DNA of 64,000 nucleotides, from NCBI RefSeq assembly GCF_009914755.1, contig NC_060934.1, one strand, 5' to 3'. Under the pieces are notes generated by a model. The model did no database searches and was not told where the DNA came from. It saw only the letters and a program-made list of their open reading frames with translations. Both the position numbers and the translations under genes were made by a program. Source of the stretch: the human T2T-CHM13v2.0 reference genome, Homo sapiens. Position 1 is the stretch's first letter. Each line of letters begins with the position of its first letter. Shown one piece after another: positions 54,385 to 64,000 of the stretch.

Positions 54385-54869
54385 GTAAGTACTGTTCTGA
54401 CTTAGATTTCATTTGCTGTCCTCTGATTTTGAATTATAATTCTCCCTTTCCCAGAACCCTCAAAAAACCTGTTTTTGTCTGGTTTGTTTTTAGAGGCACC
54501 AAAAAGCACTTCAAGTTTTATGTGGTACTAATTGGAATAATATGTCTAATTTGTTCTTTTTGGCCCAAATATTTTTTCATTAGTTTTATCTTAAATATAA
54601 ATACTCTATTTATATCTGCTTTTTGGACTTCAAGTTATGGTATGATTTTCTAGCTGTCATTTGGAAATGATTAAATGTTAACTGTGTTAAATTTCTTAGT
54701 TTTTCCAAATAATATTTAAAATTAGTGCCAAGTGATTGGTCTTTTGCTCATGTAATAAGTTAAAATTTAAAAATTCCACAAGTACCATTAAAAACAGAAG
54801 AAGGTACTGTTTAGTGCTGAAGGTACTATTTAGTCTTTTCTTTTTCAAAGTAGAGGATAGTCTTTAAAT

Positions 54870-55100
54870 TGGTCAGATCTTATTTTGTAATGAGGCTCCG
54901 TAGTCATTCAAACCTGGAATCAAAACCTGACCTGGCGCAGATTAGCTTTGCAAGCTTAGATAATTTATTTAAACCGTCTCTGCTTCACTTTACTATCTTT
55001 AAAACATAATTAATAATATCTTTATCTCAGTGTTTGAGAATCAGGGATAAAAGTGCCTAGAGTAGTGTCTAGTTTACAGTAGGCACTCTGTGGAAGTTAT
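54870..55100. mobile_element. MIR fragment
   Basis: aaacctggaatcaaaacctgac...ttatttaaaccgtctctgcttcacttt...gtaggcactc. Confidence 0.55.
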
Positions 55101-56644
55101 TAGTTTTTCCTTTTCACTTTCTTATCTCATTCCACAGGGATTTCAGGTCATTTTGGAGTGCATTTACAATACAAATAGTACAATTGGTTTAAAGAAATAA
55201 TGGAAGAAAAACATGGTGTTGTGTAGTTCCTAAAGTGAGGGAAAAAATTGATTCTAAGATTCTTTGCAGCAAAAGCAAAGAATAAAATTTGATTTATTAC
55301 AACATATACAGTACGCATAAGATAAAGGATGTGTTTTTTTCCTGAATTAATTTGTCAGAAAAGTTAAGCAACATTTTCAAACAACTGTGTTCCTTGGATG
55401 TCAGCAGTTGTAAGAAAAGAGAGGGTCCCTGGTCAAATTAGTATGAGAATGAATAGATCATAAACATTTTTTAAATGGTGGACTCAATTGTGCTTTTGTG
55501 TATAAATATAGTACTGTGATTTTGCAAAAGGTGGTAAAAAATATAATATGTAGCCATTTTCCAAAACATATGATCACAAATCCCTTCTACTTAGTGTATT
55601 TTAAGGGACTATGGTGTGGATCATCCACATGAGTGATTCTTACTGAGGAGGGAAAAATGCACAGCATTCTTAGGGGTTGCTAATTTGACTGACTTAGCAC
55701 AGAACTTCCCAACAATTGGGCTGAGGTACACTGGTTTGTTGTGAATGGTTATAGATTGATCCGTTTATTGAAACTCTCAATCTTTGGGGTGTTGGTGCTG
55801 GTTTTGAGACACCTACATCCACCTCAGCAAGTTATGGAATGGGTGGTACAAAAAGAAACCTCCTCTAAGACGAGCCTTACCCCAGCATACCTTAAAACTA
55901 TTAATTTCTCTCTGTGCCTTAATATTAGAAAGGTTTGGGTATACTAGCCCCAGGGCCTTTTCAATATTGCATGTGCAAAAGTCCTGTTTCCATTCTAAAA
56001 CTTCCTGAGTATTGCTTCGCTTTCTTCTGTCCCTTAACTCCCGTTATTATTGTCATTAGTTATAGGATCATGCCTTATCCGTAACTCAGGGGTGTTGGGA
56101 AGACTGGTGGTTGAGAACTAATACATCCACTCATGTTCTCATCGTAATACTGCTCTGTCTTTTTACCTGGCCTAATCTTCCTCTCTTCTTTTCTGCCCAG
56201 ACCTCCTTTTTTTCTACACCTTTTGATATGCTATCTGGAATTCTCTCATATCCTAGCAAACTCACATTCTTCATCTCTTCACCTACATTCTCCTAATCAT
56301 AACTGAAACCTAGCTCTTTCCCAAATATACTACTTCCCCAGTAACATTTTTACACCAAAGATTCTTATTTTCCAGTCACCCTAATACTTCACTGTTTAGA
56401 GATGGGGTTTTTGTCCTCATTTCTCATTGTCACTTCTAAAGGAAGTGATTGTAAGTCCCATTTTTTGAGACTTAGGGCATTTGGCTGTATCAACTCTTCT
56501 TTACTGGTTCCTACCTGGAGCTTACAAAAGGCTTGGCCCTTAGCCCACTTTCCCTCTTTATTATAAGCTTTGCTGCAGTCCTGAGTGGCTGCAGTGTTCA
56601 TGTACATGAGTCATTTAACCCTCTGTTTGCTTAGTCCTGTAGGA

Positions 56645-57012
56645 CAGTGGTCTCCAACCTTTTTGGCACCAAGGACCAGTCTCCTGGAAGACAAATTTTC
56701 CACAGGCCATGGGTGGGAGGTTGGGGGATGGTTTTGGGATTGGGATGAAACTCTTCCACCTCAAATCATCAGGCATTAGTTAGATTCTCATAAGGGGTGT
56801 TCAACCTAGATCCCTTGCATGCGCAGCTCACGATAGGGTTCGTGCTCCTATGAGAATCTAATGCTGCCGCTGATACGACAGGAGGTGGAGCTCCTGTCAG
56901 ATAAGCAGGAATGCTTACATGCATGCCCTCTGCTTACCTCCTGCTGTGTGGCCTGGCTCCTAACAGACCACAGACTGGTACTGGTCCCTGGTTAGGGGCT
57001 TGGGCACCCCAG
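56645..57012 (+). mobile_element. MER1B DNA transposon, second copy
   Basis: Same core as 17115-17453. 8-bp TSD ctgtagga / ctgtggga. Confidence 0.88.
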
Positions 57013-57464
57013 CTGTGGGATTTTCTATATACAAGATATGTTATCTGCAAATAGTTTTTACCTTTTCCTTTCCATTTTGGATAAAAATGTCTTTTTATCT
57101 TTTGCATAATTGCTATGGCTACAACCTCTGTTGAGTAGAAGTGGTGAAAGCCAATAGGTGTGTCTTGTTTCTGATATGGGGGGAAAATAAATATTTTAAA
57201 TATTTTATTGTTAATGTGATGTTAGCTGTGGATTTTAAAAGATACTTTCTATCAGTTTGAAGTTCCCTTCCATTCATGGATAGTTGAGTGTTTTTATCAT
57301 GAAAGGGTGTTGGATTTTGTCAATTACTTTTTCTGTGTCTATGGAGATAATCTTTTTTTTCCGCTTTCATTCTACTAATGTGGAGTAATACTTTGGTATG
57401 TTGCGTGTTGTGTTGGTATGTTGTGTGATTCAGTTTGCTAGTATTTTGTTGAAGATTTTTTTTG

Positions 57465-57470
57465 TGTGTG

Positions 57471-57523
<53 letters not shown>
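57465..57523 (+). repeat. (TA)n microsatellite flanked by (TG) and (CA)
   Basis: About 21 TA units with tgtg on the left and caca on the right. Confidence 0.95.
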
Positions 57524-58601
57524 TTAAGAAATACTGGTCTGTAGTTTTGTTTTGTTTTTCTTCTTGAGATATCCTTGTCTTGTTTTGATATCAGGACCAC
57601 ACAGATTGAATTGGGAAGTATTCCTTTCACTTCTACTTTTGGGAAGAGTTTGTGAAGGATTTTTGTGAATTCTTCTTTGAATGTTTTGTAGTATTGACCA
57701 GTGGAGTTATTTGGGCCTGGGCTTTTCTTTGTGGCAGTTTTTTGGATTGCTAATTTAATTTTTATAGATATTCTGTAGATGTCTTTTTGGTCTTGTTGGT
57801 TTATAATGTTGCTTAAATCTTCTGCTTCTCATATATCTCTAATTGTTCTGTCCATTATTGAAAGTGAGGTGTTCAAGTCTCCAACTTCACTATATATTGT
57901 AGGGAAGGTGTGTTAGCAATAAATTCTCTGTTTTTGTTTATCTGGGAATGTCTTAATTTCTCTTTTATTTTGAAGGATAGTTTTGCCAGATGTAGACTTC
58001 TTGGTTGGCAGTGTTCCTTGTAATATTTCAACTCCCATGCTTTCTGATGAGAAATCGGCTGTTAATGTTACTGAGCGTGTCTTCCACATGATGAGTCCCC
58101 CCGCCCTGCCACCACCACCCCCCCCAGCTTTTTTTCTGCATTAAGGATTTTCACTTTTTCTTTGGCTTTCAACAGTTAAATTATAATGCGCCTCTCTTTT
58201 AGTTTATCATATCTGTAGTTTGTTGAGCCTCCTAGATATACAGATTAATGTTTTTCATCAAATTTGGGACATGTTTGGTCATTAGTTACGTTCTTTCTGC
58301 CCCTCCCCACTTCGCTCTGGCCACTTAACTACGGGAATGTATGAGCATCATTCCTTGCTTGTCACAAAAAATTTGAAAAAAAAAAAATACAAATAATGTG
58401 AAAACTACTTAAATCAGATTTCTCCCTGGCCAGGATTTGTTGTTGTGTTTTTTTGTGGTTGTTTACTGACTTTTCTAGACAGATTCTGTAAAAAGTCTGT
58501 ATTTTAAAAAAATATTTGACGTCTTTGCTTGGTTTGATTAGTGGTCAGCTAATGGTTGGATGGAGATTTCATTGAATGCCTTGAACTAGTAAGTCTCCCA
58601 G

Positions 58602-58620
58602 CCTCCACCAGGGGGCTCTG
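58602..58620 (+). promoter_or_regulatory. CTCF motif (forward) inside an old L1
   Basis: CCACCAGGGGGCTC at 58605-58618 matches CCACCAGGGGGCGC at 13 of 14 positions. Confidence 0.5.
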
Positions 58621-58627
58621 TGTGTTT

Positions 58628-58703
58628 GCTTAGGCACACCTGCAGTCCCTGTAAGTAGTTTGCAGCTTAGGCACACCTGCAGTCCTGTAAGTAGTTTGCA
58701 GCT
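58628..58703 (+). repeat. Tandem duplication, 37/36-bp unit, two copies
   Basis: gcttaggcacacctgcagtcc(c)tgtaagtagtttgca twice, then gct. Confidence 0.92.
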
Positions 58704-59961
58704 CTGCCTTGGCCTTCACTTCCTGCTTGTTTAGAGTTTCAAAGTCAGCCAAAGGTGGAAGATTAGGGGATTCTCTGGTATTTCCTTGGCATGTACATAC
58801 ACAGCCTATACATGTATATGTTCTTCTCTATTCCCAAGACTATATTGGAGCATTTCAAAGCCTCTTGTGGACATTTCTTTCCTCAGGTTTTCCTTTTATG
58901 ATTTTTGGTCAGCTTCTTGTTTGTCCCAATTGATATTGCCATTTCAGGCAGCTGAGATTTTAAGCAGTGCACTAGGGATAAGGGAATTACCGAACAAGCT
59001 TTGAATCAGCTCAAACCAACTCCTGAGAATGGGCTTTTTCTAGGGAGCGGCCAGGGAGATCAAATCATAGCAGTTCTTTGGGAGTGGTGCTTTTTGGAGA
59101 GTTCTAAACCCATTTTGTCCCCCAATCTCTAGTGACTGCTGGATTTCATAGCTGCCATGCTTGTTGTAATGCTTTTGGTTCTCAAGCTACCACAAAGGTA
59201 AGGAGATGGGTGTGGCTATTGGATAAATTAAAATGCCACAGAGCTTGCTGTTTCTTTGAGATTCAGCAGTTTTTATTGATTAAATGCTCCTTAGTTGTTG
59301 CAAGCATTTGGCTGATTTCTAGAGTTCTGAAAAAGTTGATTTTGACAAATTTGCCAGTGTTCTTAGTGCTTTAATGGAGGAATGGAGTTTTAGAAATCTC
59401 TGTTATTCTGGCAGTGTTTCTCTTCATTTGTCATGCTTTATTTTTCTTTCTTTCCTTTTAACTAATAGATTTTATTTTTTAGAGCAGCTTTGGGTTTACA
59501 GAAAAATTGAGCAAAAATAGAGTTCTCATATGCTTTCTCACCTTCCATTAGATACAGTTTCTCCTATGATTAACATCTTGCATGATTGTATTATAATTGA
59601 TGAGTCAATATTGATATTTTATTATTAACTAAAATTCATAGTTTATATTAGGGTTCACTCTGTTTTGTATATCCTATGGGCCTTGACAAATGTATAATGC
59701 CATACCATTACAGTATCATACAGAATAGTTTCACTACCCTTCAAATTCTGTGTGTTCCACTTATTCATCCCTCCCTTCTTTTCCTGAACTCCTGGTAAAT
59801 ACTGATCTTTTTGCTGTTTCTACAGTTTTGCCTTTTCCAGAATGCCAGAGAGCTATAATCAGATAGTAGATAGTCTTTTCAGATTGGCTTCTTTCACTTA
59901 CCAAAATACATGTAAGGTTCCTCTATATATTTTTGTGGCATCTCATTTAAAAAAAAAAATT

Positions 59962-60249
59962 AGCCAGGTGCAGTGGCTCATGCCTGCAGTCTCAGCACTT
60001 TGAGAGGCCAAGGCAGGAGGATAGCTTGAGTTCAGGAGTTCAGGAACAGCCTGGGCACATATTGAGTCCTCGTTTTGACAAAAAAATCAAAAAAATTAGC
60101 TGGGCGTGGTGGCACGTGTCTATAGTCCCATCTACTTGGGAGGCTGAGGTGGGGGGATCACTTGAGCCCAGGAGGTTGAGGCTGCAGTGAGCCGAGATCA
60201 CCCCACTCTCCAGCCTGGACAACAGAGAGAGACCCTGTCTCAAAAAAAA
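59962..60249 (+). mobile_element. AluJ
   Basis: Dimer with ggatcacttgagcccaggaggttgaggctgcagtgag. aaaaaaaatta occurs on both flanks. Confidence 0.9.
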
Positions 60250-61929
60250 TTACTGAATAATATTTTGTTGTATGGCTGTACTACAGTTTGTTTATTCATT
60301 TACTTACTGAAAAACATCTTGGTTGCTTCCAAGTTTTAACAATTATTAATAAAACTGCTATAAACATTTATATACAGATTTTTGCACGGGCGTACATTTT
60401 TCACCTCATTTTGGTAAATATCAAGGAGCACTATTGCTGGGTCATATGGGAAGCATATGTTTAATTTGGTAGGAAACTGCCAAACTGTCTTCCAAAGTTG
60501 CTTTACCCTTTTGCGTTTCCACCAGCAATGAATGAGAACTTCTGTTGCTGCTCCATATCCTCATCAGCATTTGGTACTATGCTTTGGACATTAACTATTA
60601 GGTATGTAGTGGTATTTCAATGTTGTTTTAATTTGCAGTTCCCTAATGATAAATGATGTTGAACATTTTCTCACATGCTTATTTGCCATCTGTATATCTT
60701 CTTTGGTGATGTGTCTGTTCAGATCTTTGCTTATTTTTATTTTATTTTTTATAATTTCAACTTTTACTTTAGATTCAGTGGGTACATACGCAGGTTTGTA
60801 TCACATATACATGGATATATTATGTGATACTGAGGTTTGGGATACAGATGATCCCATCACCCAGGTAGTGAGCATAGTACCCAACAATTTTTCAGCCCTT
60901 GCTCCTCTTTCCCTCCCCTGTCTAGTAGTCCCCAGCGTCTGTGTTACCATTGTTATGTCTGTGAGTACAATGTTTAGCTCCCACTTATAAGTGAGAACAT
61001 GTGGTATTTGGTTTTCTCTTCCAGCGTTAATTCGCTTAGAATAATGGCCTCTAGCTATTTGCCCATTTTAAAATTGGGTTGTTTATTCTCTTGTTGAGTT
61101 TTAAGAGTTCTTTGTATATTTTAGATACCAATCCTTTATCAGATATATGTTTTGCAAATAATTTTTTCCAGTCGGTGGCTTATTCTCTTGATAGTACTTT
61201 TTGCAGGACAGATTTTCAAAAATTTTTAACATTTTCAACATCCATTTTTTCTTTCTTGGGTTGCACTTTTCATGTTATATCCAAAAAACTCATTGCCAAA
61301 TCCAAGGTCACCTGGATTTTCTCCCTTTTCATATTATAGGAATTTTATAGTTTCGCATTTTGCATTTAGGCCTTTGATCCATTTTGACTTAATTTTTGTG
61401 AAAGATTTAAAGTCATTCTTTTTGTTTGTAGATGTCCATTTCTAGTCTCATTTGTTGAAAAGACTATCTTTTATACTCTGTTTTGAATTGCCTTTGCTCC
61501 TTTGTCGAAGATCAATTGACTGTGTATATGTGGGTCTATTTCTGAGCTCTCTATTGTATTCAGTTGATATGTCGGTTCTTTTGCCAATACCACACATGCC
61601 ATTTTGATGACTGTAGCTTTGTATAGTAAGTCTTGAAGTTGAGTAGTGTTAGGCCTTCGACTTCCTTCTTCTTCAATATTGTTTCGGATATTTTGGGTCT
61701 TTTGCCTGTTCTAATAAAGAATTTAGAATCACCTTGCCGATATCCTCAAAATAACTTGCTGAAATTTTGATTGGGATTGTCTTAAAATGTTACCACAAAC
61801 ATAAAAATACGTACATTTAACTTTTAGTATAAAGTTTTTATTAATGGTGATGAAACACTAATGATTTTATGAAATCAAAACTGTGACTCAGGTTACATAA
61901 GAAATGAAGAAGAAAAATCTCCCCACCCC

Positions 61930-61978
61930 ACACACATACACACACACACACACACATACACAAGTATACACACACAGA
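61930..61978 (+). repeat. Imperfect (CA)n microsatellite
   Basis: CA runs interrupted by TA. Confidence 0.9.
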
Positions 61979-63199
61979 TATACAAACATCTGCACTTGCC
62001 AGTCTAACCTATAAATCACAAACTTTTAGATTAGCATGAAATCACACATCTTAGTAATCAAGAAGTTCTGTTGGGAGTGGGAAGAATAAAGTTATTTGTA
62101 AGTATATGGGTGTAGCCATAGAATTTGGAGAAATTCCTTTAAAACTGCATTAAATAATTATGCAACAATGATTTGTATGCTTGTGGGTTTAATATCAGGT
62201 TCTGCTACTGTATGTGAATTCAGTTTAAGTGGGTAAAGACGGTTATCTCTTCAAGATTCTTTTCTCTAGTTTGCATCTTTTTTTTTATCTTGTTGATTTT
62301 ATTGGCAGCACTTAAAGAGCAAGGTTAGATAATATTGGAGACAGTGGGCTTTCATTCTCATGCCTTTGAAACCACTGAACTCATTTTTGCCTTCACCCAT
62401 ATCTCTAATGGTTCATTTCTTCATATTTACCTGCCTGCCTGGGCTATGATCGGCCACATAAGATCTCACTTCACTAACACATGGCTACTAGCATTCTAGT
62501 GTGTTCATGCCACAGCAGCTTTGCAGTCTTCATGTTGCTTTCACTACCGGAGTTTCTGTTAGAAATTCATGAATGTTAAAATTTATACAGAGGTACAAAT
62601 GTATCAACTTAATGTGGGGGATTATGGCCAGTAATTCCCCCTTCATCTCTTATTTTTTATTACCCTTCTTACACATTTGCCCCTGGATTTGTGTCTTTAG
62701 TCTTAGAAAGTGATTTTACCTCCCATTCTGAGATTTATTTTTTAATGTGGAAACTGCATCATCTTCTCAGAATCTGAAATCTCAAATTCTGAGATTAAAA
62801 TCTTCATTATCTTTCTGTCCCGTGTTCCCGCTCCCTCCTATCTTCATAGTCTCCTTTTATTTTCTGAAAATAATCCCTGTTATATATTTGCTTTCTGTTC
62901 CATCTTTCCCTCTTTCTGTCTCTTAGATTTCTCTGTTATATTGATTTTTTTCCCCAGAAAACTTCATGTGTTTCTCCCAGTGGGATTTTATGTCACTTTT
63001 AATTTATTGTCAGATGGTTTAGCAACAAATACATAGATGCAAAGCAAATGTGTCAATATTTTAACAGTTGGTAAATATAGGTGAAGGGTATATTGTTGTT
63101 CATTGTAGTATTCTTTTGATACTTCTATTTGAAGAAATGTTTCAAGATAAAGAGGTTGGAAACTTAATAATATTATAGTAAGTCATTTTTATTTAATAT

Positions 63200-63395
63200 T
63201 TACTATATATTATGTATTAGTCCAAGCACTTTAACATATATTACCTCATTTAAGTCTTATACTAACCTAAGGAGACAAGTATTGTTATTTTGCCCATTTT
63301 ATAGATTAGGAAATGAAGCATAGAGGGATTTGGTAACTTGCCCTGTGTGTTGTGTGGCTAGTAAGTGGCAGCTGAATTTGGACTCAGATCATCTA
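63200..63395. mobile_element. MIR
   Basis: cccattttatagattaggaaatgaagcatagagggatttggtaacttgccc is the MIR core. Confidence 0.75.
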
Positions 63396-64000
63396 TGCAG
63401 ATAATATTAAAATTAATAAGATATGGCTCTGTTTTCAAAGGGCTTACAATCCAATTAGAGTTGAAAAGTATATAGGTTTCTTTATGCTGTGAAACAAATT
63501 AAGGATCATAAAATGATAGTTTTATCTAGTTGAGGGGATCAGGAAGGGCTTCTGAAGAAAGTAGCATTTCAGTACTAAGAGAAAATACAGGGTTAATTTT
63601 GAATCTCACGGTGGAGGTATTTGAAATGCAACCTAAGGCATATAAACTTTGTTCAATGAGCAGTAGAGAACATTGAGAGTTAAAGAAACTATGGCCCAAA
63701 GATAATAAATATTTTCAACAGCTAGTTACTGTCAGATAGGATTTAAACCTAAATCTGAGGTGAGAGGTGGCTATTGTGGCTTTTCTAGATGTCAGTTCTT
63801 TGTTTCAGTTAGTGAACAAGACTTGTTGACTCTTCCTTAAAACATTTTAAATTTATTAGTTCCATGCATTTGGATCACATTTATGTCAATATATGTCCAT
63901 ATTCCATACCTGATTCTCATGGCGTAGCCTGCAGACCAGTCTCCTTCAGTGTATTCCCTTTCTAATGCTCTCTCACTTGACAAAATAAGAAGTACCTTTT

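Larger units (their letters stand above)
57021..61785 (-). mobile_element. Stack of old L1M fragments with nested Alu, L1MA 3' piece (about 60735-61055) and (TA)n
   Basis: Antisense L1 motifs tcagtttgctagtattttgttgaagatttt, ttgaaggatagttttgccagat, ggaaactgccaaactgtcttccaaag, tgggtctatttctgagctctctatt. Boundaries approximate. Confidence 0.75.

Noticed and set aside
54800-54836. Short direct repeat gaaggtact(g/a)tttagt, two copies
   Set aside because: Ordinary 19-bp slippage duplication with nothing suggesting function.
56710-56745. G-quadruplex-like run gggtgggaggttgggggatggttttgggattggg
   Set aside because: Lies inside MER1B with irregular loops; such motifs are very common.
58628-58703. 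37-bp repeats as a CRISPR-like array
   Set aside because: Only two adjacent copies with no spacers, in eukaryotic intron DNA. The same applies to the duplications at 30849 and 35742.

Overview
Human-like (primate) genomic DNA from inside the + strand gene CCSER2 (FAM190B/GCAP14), which I recall lies at 10q23.1. Four coding exons splice into one open frame: the tail of a large Ser-rich exon (<1-959), then 2109-2305, 46262-46352 and 54222-54384. I number them 2-5 from recall. The rest is intron, including a ~44 kb intron packed with Alu, L1, LTR and DNA-transposon relics. It holds two clear processed pseudogenes (RPL12-derived on the - strand, TNPO1-derived on the + strand) and a 3'UTR-only retrocopy with target-site duplication (TSD), probably from UBE2D3. 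There is no prokaryote-type system, CRISPR array or RNA gene, and I cannot show a new biological system from sequence alone. The best leads are: (i) the sense TNPO1 retrocopy has a 3' splice site at its 5' junction and its own AATAAA, so it could act as an alternative terminal exon, in frame with CCSER2 exon 2; (ii) a candidate internal first exon at ~53.3-53.54 kb with a uORF that stops 4 nt before the downstream ATG; (iii) an intronic-polyadenylation isoform after exon 3; (iv) a candidate poison exon at 26294-26392; (v) four templated-insertion or fold-back scars; (vi) two strong CTCF motifs; (vii) two LTRs stacked on one 5-bp target site. Repeat subfamily names and most repeat boundaries are from eye and memory and are approximate.
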